NCBI GenBank assembly: GCA_964035545.1
Contig: OZ037767.1
Coordinates: 2,057,680 to 2,121,679, forward strand
Reading direction: 5' to 3'
From: Bugula neritina
Taxonomy: Eukaryota; Animalia; Bryozoa
DNA length: 64,000 bases
This document shows positions 26,901 to 39,937 of this stretch, one piece after another (within the stretch, counting starts at the first letter, position 1; every line of letters begins with the position of its first letter). The notes under the pieces were generated by a model, which ran no database searches, was not told the origin of the DNA, and worked only from the letters and a program-made list of their open reading frames with translations. The translations under genes were made by a program, and so were the position numbers.

Positions 26901-29900
26901 TACAGGTCTACCTACCATGTTATGGAATCTTACAGAATGTTACGAAGGAAGACACACGCATTGTTTTCAGCAATATAGAGTCCATTGTTACACTCAGCAG
27001 GTAAATCTTATCATATACCTGCACCACGCCAGAGTAATGTGGGCTTTTTGATTATACTACCTAGGACAACTTGGTCTTGAGAGGTTGTAACATAGGGGCA
27101 GAGTGATTTATTGGCAAAGTGATGTTGGGGCAGAATATTTTAAGGGCTGAGTGACATTGGGGCAGTGTTATATAGGGACAGAGTGACATTGGGGCAGTGT
27201 TATATAGGGACAGAGTGATATTGGGGCAGAGTAGCTGAAGCTAATTAAGACACTAGGCTTATAACCAGTTGAGTTATACTGCCTGTTTACAAGCATAACC
27301 TGCCCATCTAATCTATTCGAGCTTTTAAGGAACTTGTATAATTTGCATTGTTGGAATTGATGATATTCAGTAAATTCATTCAGATGAGTAAACTGAATAG
27401 ACACTCAATGCAGCTTGAGGGTGTATCCATTAATTGCTTATGCATTCTTCCCCATACCAGTATGATTCTAATGCCAACTTGTGTTTTGCTAGCATTCATA
27501 AAGATGTAGGCTCATACAGACAAGTAGTAGAGTCAAAAGGGCATGGAGAATTCTTGTGAAATGTTTTTGATCACAGCGCTAAGATATTCTTTTGGTTTCA
27601 TTTCTTTGACCATTTCACATCTATATTGGGCATGGCACCCAATCTTTCACAATTTAACATTACCCTAGACTCTACAGCTTTATTTACTGAGTTGAAATGA
27701 TTTAGTCGAACTTTTTAGATGGTAGCCACGATAACTATAGGCTAACATTCATGCATGCTAACAACTGGTGGCTCTTTAGCTTTTGAAAGATAACTTAATA
27801 AAGTTATTAATCATCATATTTAGCTTATCATGGACTAGAGTTTATAATCTATTCCAATGGCTGGATTATCTATTCTAAGACCCTATTTGTCTAGGTTTAA
27901 AAAAATATTAGAACTGACACTGTAACCTCTCAATGACTCTAAACCATGCAATAATTATGCTATAAGGTAATTAAAGAGGATATAGTGGGAGGAAGTATAA
28001 ATAGAGTCATTCAATAGTTGGTAAACATACTACACCATTGATAATAGCTATATATTTCAATATAGGAATAATCCTTGAAAATTTAAAGATTTACCGGTTT
28101 ACAAAAGATTTTTTCTATCTGCATAACAATATTCAAAACTTTTGGGATGAGAAAATAGTTTTTTCCCATCGGCATTTAACATCAGTTTTGAAATCATGGA
28201 ACTGTATAAACACGCTCCAGATAGCTGCTATAGCATGTGTGTATATTCTTTTCACCTGGTTATTGGAATATACCTGACAATTTGTAAAACTGAAAATTAC
28301 TAAAATCTGCGTCTAACGATAATAAACATGGATGAATGAAGTTGCACCAAAATCTCTGAGTTTAATGATACACAAAATGGTATTCTGTAGGAAGCTGCTG
28401 GATGATCTGAAGTCAGCAAATGGGTGTCTAATGAAAACAGCAGAGAGTTTCCTGAACAGAGCTTCAGATTTCCATCAGTATAGCACGTACTGTACATGTT
28501 ATCACAGGTGTGTGTCTTGTTTATACTTCACTAGTGTACTTTTGATACATTCTGGCATGGAGGGCATCCAGGTAAATGCAGGTGGCAAGACTAAAAATAG
28601 TTACGATTTTCAAACAATTGAAGGTTTTACTTAGAAGTGTCTAAAGCTGCATATTGCAACAGAGCAGCAAATTTCTCAACATTAGAATTCCCTTTCTGAC
28701 TCAACTCAATCATCAAGTTGGTAAAAATATACTGCATGGCTTCTCGTGCTGAAAACTTAGGCAACAACTCAACTTATAGTGGCTAAAATCTGGCTTCTCT
28801 TTACTGTAAGCCAAAATGTCTCCTCAGATTTAAATGAGATGCCGGAATAATGTAATTGCTAAGATCTTATGGTATCCATTTTAATTAATTGTTTAACCCA
28901 TACGCTACATAGCCATCAAAGAAATTAAAGATATCAGAAACAATTTCTGTTTGCATACAAATGGTTAGGTGTGTGCTTTTAATCGTTTGTTTTGCATCAG
29001 TTTACCATAACAGACACCAGAGCTGGGAGCTGAATAAATTAGGAATTCTTGTGCACCAAGTGCTTACACTATTCACAATAATCAGTCACTCAAGTTGAGG
29101 TTCTGTCAAACCGAAAAAATACAGAAAAAATAAAATCAGCCCACTAGATGTGTGGTATGATCGCAAGTTTATAAAGTGCATGTTCATGGGTCATTCCTAA
29201 CAGTAGATAACCATACCAAAAATTGCTCTAAACAGCTCTAAACACAAAACTAGTAGTAGTTGCTTAATAAAACATAAAACTATTTCCATGTCATCAAAAT
29301 TGAAAAAATACATGGGGAAAAAAGAGCTAATCTTTGATGCTAAGGTAAGACCCATATAGATATGAATCTAAGGCTCCTTGTTCTTCAAAGACATTCTAGA
29401 GGTTTTGAAAAAAGTTGTAACAATGAACTATTCTGTCTCAACTACTTGTAACAGCTGCCTCTTCAAAATAAACAACTGGAAATAACCATTTTTTAACATA
29501 CCAGCCTCCAGTAGGTTTAGTGTTTATTGACTCAATATTATTTGTTCTATGCTAATAAGAATTGCTATTTAAAAAAGTTGCGAAAGTGTTTAGCAGCTTA
29601 TAGATACTGTGTAGAGTGTAAGTAGAGACTATGTAAGTAGATACTGTTGTATAAGTGAAATGTAAGTAGAGATTGTTGAGCTTTTGTAAGTTTTGTTAGC
29701 TACACCCTTTTATTGTTACATGTCAGAAATTAATCATTGGCTCACTCTAAATATTAAATAATTGTTAAATAACAAGTTCATAAAAATACACCCAGCCTGT
29801 GCAAGACGTTTAATGGAACATTCATATTCATGTATATAGTGTTAGTTGATTTAGATGTACAATCTGCTTTTGTAGAGCAAATGAGAGGTTGTTTGAGATG

Positions 29901-32900
29901 AGACAAAAGATTCCTCTCGTTGCCACAATCTTATTGGACGTACAGAAGTCTTTAGGCCACGCCCTTCCTCTCTCTAGCTACTTGCACAAACCGGTTCAGA
30001 GGATTATGAAATACCACCTTATATTAAAGGTACGAGTGAATTCTTGCTTTAATTCTTCTAGAATTATTTTCTCCTAAATTATGGTAGCGTGGAGAACCGC
30101 AGGGGTATGTTTTGTACATGAAAGCCTGTGAATCAGTGCTATCTTCTAGAGCTGTAAATTAGCTATGACGTTTTGGCTTTGCTCCCTGCAGATATGCAGG
30201 CTAGATACATGACTAGAAAGTAGCAGAAAAACTAGGTATTGAACTAATGTAAACAGCTTAACCTGCAAAAGACAGAAAAGAGTCATTTTGTTTTAAAAAA
30301 AATCTTATAGGACACAAAATGTATATACCTTATTATACAAGTTATTTTTATATGAAATTAGTCATGGAAGTTGACCAAGTTTCAAAGTGAGCTGTTAATT
30401 GACTATAAACAAAAACAGGAGATAGATGCTTATCAAAGTAGAAACTGTAAATAGTTGCCAAGTACTTCAGCCGTAGCCTGTCGCATGCTTCATTCATTCC
30501 TCAACTACCAAAATAATATTGGAATGTATTTTTGTGTCTGGAACAGCCTAATAAAATAATTACACTTGCCAAAATAATTTATTTTTGCATAATTTTTCTA
30601 GCTGAACTCGTGCAAAGTTGAATATGTAGATTTTGAGGAAGGTCTTGCTTAACATAGTTCTGTATGCAGGAATGTAACAGACTACCATATCTGAAAGTAA
30701 ATGAGCAAATTTATTTAAAAACTATCTGACACTTTTTGATATTTTGCAAAGGAAATCAGGAAAACATTTATGTTTCATTACCCAAAGCATAGGGTTACAT
30801 GATTCACTGCTTTTTCTTATTGATTTGGTTCATTATGAGCGAGCCATGTGAATGTGTGAAGAATTTGCAGCTTGGTTGATGATGAAAAGCAGTGCATAGC
30901 TCTTATTCAAAGAAGTCACTTAGATGTGTAGAAATCTTTTTCTCAAAGTACCAACATGTACACTGGTACCAGCAGTCAAGTTTCTAGTCTTCAAAATCAT
31001 TCTAGATAAACAGGGAAACCATTCCACTAAATAATAAATTATGCCATCTGCATGCAAAATAAGGGTAAACTTGTTGCTATGGGTAACACAACGTAATATT
31101 ACACTTCCACTGCAAAACAACAGTATAGCTCCTACCTTACCACTCTACTAATTGTTATCCACCACACAACTCCTGAATGTTGTACACTTGCATAATTATT
31201 ATCTATTCGAATATGCATACCGTAGCTGTTATGGTAGAAGCTGAACCAGGGTGGTAGTGACACCAGCGGAAGTAAAGCATGCTCCTTTCTGAATATTTAA
31301 TCAGCCATTCAAAGCGCTAACTCAGTATAATCAAGCAGACATTCAAGAAGTCAAAATACACTGAGAAAAACATCAAATGATTCAAATATAGAAAGAAGCT
31401 GTCTTATGACCAATGAATGGGCGCTGCTGGTCAAATTGTGGTCAGAAATGGTCAGTACAGACTGGCAGCTAGTCTCAAATCTGCATTCTTTCAAATTAGA
31501 TTTAGCACGTACCCCATAAATTTATCATATGATCATCACACATATATATAGCCTAAGTTATAGATACTATATGCATATACTCTTATATATACTATTACAT
31601 ATTCATGCTACATGCATACATAATACATATGTTCATTTCTTATATAGTATAGCAAACTGTTCTTAGAATATCATATTCAGCTGACACACAAAGTCTTTTC
31701 CTCTTTGCATAGCATAACAATACCTTTATACTATATATTATTAGATTTATGTATTTGTCATTCAAAGTATAATGTCACATTATGCAGATGAAAGTGTATT
31801 ATTATCATATGTGCAAATTAAACAATAGGAAGTCTACTAATTACATATTCTTTTAGTATTCAATGGGAGTCGAGTCAGTAACAAAAGTAGACAAATTAAT
31901 TGAAGTAAAAAGATTAGTTGAATTCTTGTTTAATTGCTACGAACTACCACAGGAAGCAGAACTTTATTGCTCTCTACAGTCATATTCATCAAGTTAGTTT
32001 CCACAACAACTTTGAAATCAAGGAGTTCTCTAGCTGTTCCACTTCCTAATTTTTAAAAACAAATATTTTGCATATTTCAGGTGTGCAAAATTCTACTCCT
32101 TTCTAAAGTTCTAATTGAAATTATTTCATTTCAACAACTAATAATAGCCACTATTACTGCAACTGCTGCTACATACTACTATTACTACTACTACTACTAC
32201 TACTATACTACTATTACTACTATACTACTATTACTACTACTATTACTACTATTTCTTATAGCTCTCTTTAAAGCTTCACTTACAATAAGCTGGTACAGTG
32301 GAGTAATTAATGTGCCACAAGTTCAAGTTTATGAAGTTCAATAATTAATCCAAATTTAAAGAGATTTAACCTTTTATGTTAATCTCATGGCTATTTTCTC
32401 ACCACAATTAATCAAAATGGCTGACAGATATTGCATTAGTGTGCTAGATAATCTGCTAACTCTGGGAATAATCAATGTCCGGATGAACAGATATTACAAC
32501 AGAACTAGCTAGAAATAATTGTAACACAATTAAAAAGATATGCATATATATGTAGTGATCTCTAAAAACATAGAAAGATATGCCCAGCTATAAGTGATTG
32601 ACCTGCAAGAACTATAGCCATGCATTATCTGCGATTTTTTCATTTCTGAATATTTCGTTTCATCAAACTGAGTCATGTTAGCAACTGGCAGGTTGTTAAA
32701 ATAGTTATCCAAAAGTTAATAAAATCTGCAACTATAAAAATCTTAGATTTAGGAAACGAAAATCTCTGAAAATTACACTGTTTGAACTCATTAAATTTTA
32801 TCAGCATTAAAAGAGACAGTCAAAGCTATACAGCCCCAGGTTGGTGAAAGTTGACAAGACTCAGGCTTTTACCAACTTCAATCATTTGTAGGAAATAAAG

Positions 32901-35900
32901 TCAAACGGGTAACTTAAAACCTGTCTCACGTTAAGGCAGGTGCAGATTGAAGAAATTGGGAAAACCTGTGGTTTAGATGAGAAATGTAACAAAAGAAGTC
33001 ATACCCCAAACCAGAAACAAAAGAAAATTATAGAACATATACTATTAAAATCTTTCAGTTATTGCCCTAAATGATATAAAAACCAATAAAACTTCACGAC
33101 TATCCTTGCTCGTCTGTTACTAGGTCTTTAAAATTCGTGTTTTAGAACTTGCTCAAGTTTGTACCAGATGCAGACGACTCAAAGTCTTATTTACAAGAAG
33201 CACATGAAATGATGGCAAACTGTGCCGAACAAATCAACAACAGTAAGAGACTGACTGACATGGATGTGAAAACCAGAGAGCTCCATGAACTTCTCCTGAC
33301 CTTGAGGGAAAACTCTCATTTTGGAAAACTGATCAGAGAGGTTTGTATCTTCCCAAAACTTCTTTTTAAAAGAGTTTTAAATTTGTTGAGCTGTTTAACT
33401 CTCAGCCTTGCTCTTGCTTTGTTTTACACACAAGCTGCATTTCCTCGTCTGGGACAGTGTTGCTGATGAGGATAGTAGCCATGTTGTGTGCTAATTTGGG
33501 AGAATAAATTAACTGTGACAGGCAATTTTACTTCTAAAGCTACTGCTTAATCATTTCCTATGTTTGTTTAGTACTCTAAATTAACTATATATAGGGTCCT
33601 GAAACTATGAATGGATGCTTTTTCAAGAGAAAAATGCAGAATTCATGTGTAAACTTTCATCTTTTATAGATTCAAGAGTCAATAGATAGTAGGCTCTATG
33701 TTAGACACATTTGGGCTTCGTGGTTTAAATAAATGGAAATTGGTATTGAAAAACCAGTAAAATTCTGTCTGTGGTTTTAGACTCGACTTGTTTATGATCA
33801 TCTAATAGTGAACAACATTATTTAAATTGACTTAAATTATAAATAGTCATAACATGTTACAGATAACAACCTCAGTTTTATGGATTTCACATGATTAGCT
33901 TAAAGATTACCATCTTGTGGTTTTGGCACTAGCTAACAGCAATCCGCATGATTCAGAGTAACCCTAGTTGTCAGAGATAGGGGTAAGCAGGCTGTAGTTG
34001 TAAAAAAAACAAACCACCGAGTTGACAGCTATAGCTGGTGAAAATTGATTAATTATGTCACAAAGTAGTTACTTTTGTTGGCCAAATTTACACACTCAAT
34101 CTAGATACTAGATATAGTCTGCACAGGGGATGAAAGAATGCTAATGTGAAACCAAAATACCTCAAAAATATAATTATTTTTGATATAAATTGCCTCTGAA
34201 AAGTTTAAACTAATATAAATTACATGTTCATTACAATTTGCAAGACAAGGCAATGTTTAGGCATGTAACTAAGTACTATGTTTCTCAGTGAGTCAGGTCA
34301 AAGTAAATAGCATGTATTGAGCGTAATCTGCAAGACTAACCTTACTGAAACTTGCACAAATGTCACAAACCTAGTAATAGCTTCCTACCCACAACCTGGC
34401 GTTCTGCCCTTTCCAGCTTGTCACTTATTCTGACATCATTCAAATGATTGAGTGAGCTTTGATTATCGTTCTTGCAACCATTTAGGAAAACTGAAAAAAA
34501 CTACTGAAATCTAGGCTACTATAAGTTTATCTTCTAACAAGCAACTGTCATCTTTTCTGTTTGTACCAAACCTCAGAATCATAATTGTAACCAAACTAAG
34601 AGTTAATTTTTTTTTTTTAAACTAAAACAGCTGACAAAATCTTCTACTCATTTGGCCAGCATTTGGCTTTTTATCTTTTCTTTGCACAAGAATATCAAAT
34701 TGAATTTTGGCTAATTTTAATAATAAACTTTGAAACAAATGAAAGCTATAATCTACATGTATAAGTTCTGATTTGTGTGTTAAGCAAGATAGATCATTGC
34801 CAACTACAGGTATTAAATATTGCATGCTCATTATTTTCACATTTCCCAGTGTTGCATAACATCAATTTTTGTACATTTAGCAGTTTTTATAAGAAAATAA
34901 TCCATCATGATTACTACATGCACATATTGGCATGCACAAATCGTGCCACTCTCCTAGGTTTCCTTTTAAAGCAGGTCATCTTTACTTTCATTGCAAGATA
35001 GTTGTAACTCTCACTAAGGAGTTGTCCTATGTATGTGATTTGTTCAAAAGAAAACAACTTCTTAGATATTTTCAAAAAAACGGCAAGAAGAATAATGTGT
35101 ATTAATATGTTCAACTATTTTAGCTCATTTAATTTGAAAGCAAAGAACTTTGTTATATGACTTTGTGTTTGCTTGTAGGGGGAGATGTTGGTTGATATTG
35201 GTAAATCCTCATCTACAAGGAGCAACATGTTCATTTACCTGTTTGAAAACTTCTTGGTACTGTGCCACAAACGTAATGAAAGTTTTGCACTACACAGCAT
35301 ACTTCGAGTGAGTTATCTTTCCTTCATTTATAAATTAAACCTACAATCTTTACTTTTATTTTGTAAGCGTAATTAAGTTATATTTAGTGTAATTTTATTT
35401 AATTAAAGTTATATTAATGTAATTATTCCTAATGTAAATTATTTTAATGCAGGTTAGGTTGTAATTTGTAACTAGAAGGAAAAAATCTAAGATAATTATA
35501 AGCTGAGAATTAAGTCAACTAATGTCATTTCCTTGAGTTTCCTTTACTTTATCCATGGCTAAGCAAATGTTCATTAAATGCAATAATGTTCAAGTTCTGT
35601 TCATATTGCTATAACAGCTTACAGCTAAATTTTACCTCTATAAACCTACAATTTCTATACAGGTGAGTCAAGCTTGGTCAAAAATTGCCTAACATATCTG
35701 GCATATTTTCATTTACAAAAACCGGCAAAATATTCAGCTAGTTACATCACTTTTGGAGATGCACCAATTATATAAATACAAAGTGTGACAGAAAGATGAA
35801 ATATTACTATAATAAGCTATTGTCGTCAAATAACATTGCGTTATGGGATATCACAGCTTGTCAAACTGTTACCGTATGAATTGTTACCTTTCCATCAATT

Positions 35901-38900
35901 AACTGTGAATCAGAGTAGTATATGCTATTAGAGTGCATGAAGATAGCCCGTGATTAGTGGGACTTTATTATAAACTGTCTGAATAGAGTCTCCTTGCAAT
36001 GAAATTTTAGCCAAAATTGGAAAACACTTCTATAGCCCCTTCTAAGGAAATGAGTTTTCAGTACAACTTGCAGCAAACTCTCTTGGAACTGAAATAACAA
36101 ATACAGCTTTATAATATATACTACAAAGCACCAGCAAAGTTCAAATATTGCGTAACATGTCAATTGTACTTAATTTGATTGGTTTATTGATAAAGGCTAT
36201 ACAAATTAGGCTATCAAACCTTGAGTAAATCTCAAGTTAAAACTAACAGTGCTGAAAGATGGTACCCTGTCACTCATAGTAAAAGGTAAACTATATCAAG
36301 TTCTAGGGTGAAATGCATTAGAAGGTAACTGTTATATACATGTTTTTCAAAAGTAAATGATGACTGCAAAAAGATATAATTTATAAATACTATGTTTATC
36401 AGCATTGAAAGGTTGTATTTGCAGTGTCCAGAGTTGGTGCTCATAGAAGATGGAGGAAAGAAAATGACTGAGTTTGTAGTTATGACATACGGGACGCCCT
36501 CCCAGACATTCACAATTCACTCAAAGACACTGGCCCAGAAGCTAGACTGGTGCATTCAGCTTCGTAAACTGACCAATCACATAGTTCCTAACAAAGCCCA
36601 GAGACTGCTGGTGTCTGCAACAAGTGGTGAGTGAGGAACAGCCTAACACTCGCTAGTAGGTCAAAAATATGCAGGAAACTAGTCTAAGGAAATTATATAT
36701 GCAAATATAATGTGATTTATTTTAAAAATCCACTGTCATTGTGGACAGATTTAAATTCATCAACAATTTTAATATAGTTTGATGATTTCCATCTTTAAAA
36801 TTGATGGGCAGATAAATCTAAACTAGCAATTTTTCTACTATATGTGTATTGGCAAGTAGTCCAATGTGATTGTAATTTCAAAAGTAATAGATGTTGCAAA
36901 TATTTTGTAATATTTCAGAGGCTGAGACAGACCAGCATAAAGGTTTTAGTAAGTTGAATAGAAGAAGAAGCAATGCTCAAGCTGTGTCCCCCACTAATGC
37001 TGGTAATTTGTTTATAATATATTATGTGATATTAATCAGTCTATTAGGTATTTGTAAAAATTTCTCTAGTGCTGCTGAAAACCATATTTCAATATTAAAC
37101 ACATTTTCAATTGTTTAATTTAAGTGCCAAACTTTGAAATAAGATTTAGCAATGCAAAACAACTTGATACGACAAATAGAGTTTAACTTTTTATCTAAAT
37201 TTAAACTATGAATGTTTTGTGTGTTGGCAAAGTTCTTTGCTAACAAAACGTAACATTATACAGAACTAAGAAAGCTGCTGTACTACAGAATAAGCCTTAA
37301 CAGTAATATCACATCACCATTTACTATTTTCTTGGAAAAAAACTCAAACTTGGTAATAAAAACTAAAAGAGCAACACATAAACATATCAACAAAAAGTAT
37401 AAAATTATCATGTTTTATAGTTAATGTGTTGAGGTTGCTTTCAAAGTCACCTGCTGTGTTACAGGAAGCTCTGTGAGGACTCGACTTAGAGGCAGTATTT
37501 CAGGGTTACTCACCAAGTCTCAGTCAGTCATTAACTTGCGGAGATCTTCCAGCTCTATCAGTGGCGGGAGCAGTCTTTACAAGAACTACGACTCCGCATT
37601 AGACTCTGCATCATTGGTTAGTATTATATAACACTCTATATCATTGGTTAGTAATATATAGTGCTCTATATCATTGGTTAGTAATGTATAACATTCTATA
37701 TCATTGGTTGGTAATACACTGCACTCTCTATCATTGGTTAATATTATATAACAGTCTATATCATTGGTTAGCATTATTTAACACTCTATATCATTGGTTA
37801 ATAATGTATAACACTTTATATCATTGATTAGTAATATATAACCCTTTCTATAATTGGTTAGTAATATACAGTGTTATATATTACTAACCAATGATATACA
37901 GTGTTATATATCATTGGCTAATATTAGCCTGTGTTCTCTTTTCTCTCACAGAAATCTGATGCAAGTGGGTCATCAGATCAGCTGTCTTCTCTCAGCTCAG
38001 CTGCCGGCAGCAACTTAACTTCACCACAAGATTGTCAGAATGACCCGGCATCAGATGCTACCTGCTTACGTCATGATTTATCGAGAGACCAGCCCTCTAA
38101 CCATTACCATAAAATCTCAGCCCAGGTAGGTCAAATAGTTCCTAGCAGAGTTGCTTTGAATACACTAATAGTTCACTAGATGCTGATAATAACAATCAGA
38201 TTTATCTGATTAATAACTAAGCAAACCATATTCAGCTAGTCATCTGCTGGCAATAGTTTTCAAAAGAGAGCAAATAGCTAGCTTTTTCTTGTTGATTATT
38301 TTCCCAGAAATAATAAATTATTCCTAAAAGAAAATGAAACTGCACTTCAAATGGTGAATATCATATATTATCTTTGATTGAAAATAGTTACTATTTTATT
38401 GTTTAAGGTGTCCTCAAGTAGAGATTTTCAGACTAAAGTTCGGAAAAGTCAGTCGTGTGAAGTGCTAACCACGTCTGATATTCTAGACAGAGACGACAAC
38501 TCTAGGAATCGTAGCCCATCAGTGCAAGATCAAGCCTTTTCTATCAAAGCAGGTATGACTGAATTTTATTGTAAATAAAATCAATTAAAAATTTTATCAA
38601 ACCCTAAATCCATGACTCATTTACAAAATACTGGAATATTCTAGTAAATAGTTTATTATTGGTTTTATTGAACTTTTTAAATTTGCTGCATGTAATTTCA
38701 TTTGCAATAAGAATTTTAGCTTTCACTGGTACTTCATCTACATGCCATACATTTGATTGGCCATTCAGTTACAAAGCTTAGATTTGATTGGCCGCCCCTT
38801 TACATGCTATGCACAAAGCTGGTCAAACATTCTATCCCAACAGTTTGCACATAACATTGTTTTTGTAATACTAAAGTCTAGACTGTACATTTTTAATTCA

Positions 38901-39290
38901 AATCTTGTAGAGGCACCATGGATTAAGAGAAACCTCTTGGATACGAAAAAACACTTTTTACAGAAGCTTTCTCGACTCAAACGACGAGGAAATAAAAATC
39001 AAAACCATGAGTCGCATCCCTCTTCTGAGTTGACGGAATTTATTTCAAACAGCAGTGACCTACTTTCTACAGGAAGTGATCTACATTCTACAGGAAGTGA
39101 CATCAGCAGTTGCGAGTCTCAGCTGAGAGCTCACACAGACACGACCAGTTCGGATTACGAGAGCGCAGACGAAGCCACCAGTTTTAAAGAAGCTCTTCAA
39201 GAAGAGAGTTTTGATTTGAACATTGCTGATAACTTTTCAGAATCTCTGTTAGAGACATTCAACACCGTACTGCAAGTACAGGGCGCGTAA
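23930..39290 (+). CDS. DH-PH RhoGEF, PLEKHG1/2/3-like; join(23930..24019,26906..27000,28391..28507,29876..30029,33146..33340,35179..35307,36425..36626,36919..37002,37465..37616,37952..38125,38408..38552,38911..39290), about 638 aa
   Basis: DH motifs [57 protein letters not shown] and AEQINNSKR; PH region FGKLIREGE...[12 protein letters not shown]...KLDWCIQL; Ser-rich tail. All junctions are GT-AG and phase-consistent (1917 nt). The exon 2 acceptor is ambiguous because of a repeat array, and the final stop overlaps a possible donor. Confidence 0.88.
24335..24437. repeat. polypyrimidine (CT-rich) tract in RhoGEF intron 1
   Basis: About 100 nt almost entirely C/T, with C-runs. Confidence 0.8.
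26478..26923 (+). repeat. 32-nt minisatellite, 14 copies, spanning the intron 1/exon 2 junction of the RhoGEF
   Basis: Unit TATTGTTACAG|GTCTACCTACCATGTTATATA; the AG recurs every 32 nt from 26488-26489 to 26904-26905. Confidence 0.97.
27093..27230. repeat. degenerate 16-17-nt repeat (GGGGCAGAGTGACATT-like) in RhoGEF intron 2
   Basis: Several ggggcag(a/t)gt units, with a 33-nt doublet repeated. Confidence 0.75.
32150..32252. repeat. (ACT/ATT)n microsatellite
   Basis: Direct inspection; explains the poly-Y/poly-L ORF 32081..32344. Confidence 0.9.
37603..37925 (+). repeat. 30-nt minisatellite, about 10 copies with one inverted copy, starting across the exon 9 donor of the RhoGEF
   Basis: Unit ACTCTATATCATTG|GTTAGTAATATATAAC fills most of intron 37617-37951; inverted copy at about 37871-37898. 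Confidence 0.95.
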
Positions 39291-39538
39291 GCTACTAGCA
39301 ACTCTATCCAATTACATTTGACAAATTTCACTTTGTTTCTCATTGTTTTATATATTTTTAGTTACTCAAATTTTCCTATTATATTTATTGCTTTCAAAAA
39401 ACTCTTTTTCAGGGTATTTCTAGTTTTGTAATTAACCTGTTATGTTTGTTTTACACATTGATATCTACTCATTCATTTTATATGTTTGCCATACAGCAAG
39501 TTTAAAAAAGAAGTTCTTGCATAATGATAATTATCAAC

Positions 39539-39544
39539 AATAAA
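39539..39544 (+). promoter_or_regulatory. candidate polyadenylation signal of the RhoGEF gene (second AATAAA at 39705-39710)
   Basis: AATAAA about 250 nt after the stop at 39290; AT-rich context makes chance matches likely. Confidence 0.25.
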
Positions 39545-39937
39545 AGTAATAACAATAATAAGCTTAATGTTATAAGAATAATATTGAAAAGTAACAGTAA
39601 CACTGCTTACATAAATAGTGCTAATGGTGAATTATGCAATATATAATCGTAGTAGTAACAGTTATACCTTCACTTAATACATGCCACTGAGTGTTGTAAT
39701 TGTTAATAAACTGTTTATTAAGTAATAGTATTTAAATTAAATGCATGGCAGGACAAAAATAGAATATTTCCTTCTACATTCAAAAACAGGTGGTGCACCA
39801 AGGTCAAATTTTTAGAAAGTTACTTTGCCACCTAACTATTTGCAAGTATATTGCACAATTTCCAACAATTAAATGTGGGATTGTCTTCTCTTCGGTCCTG
39901 AGCACATTGTCTAATTTATTAAACCTAATATCCTAAT

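Noticed and set aside
26473-27051. Three overlapping ORFs, or a CRISPR-like array
   Set aside because: Head-to-tail 32-nt units without unique spacers in a eukaryotic intron; only 26906-27000 is credible coding sequence.
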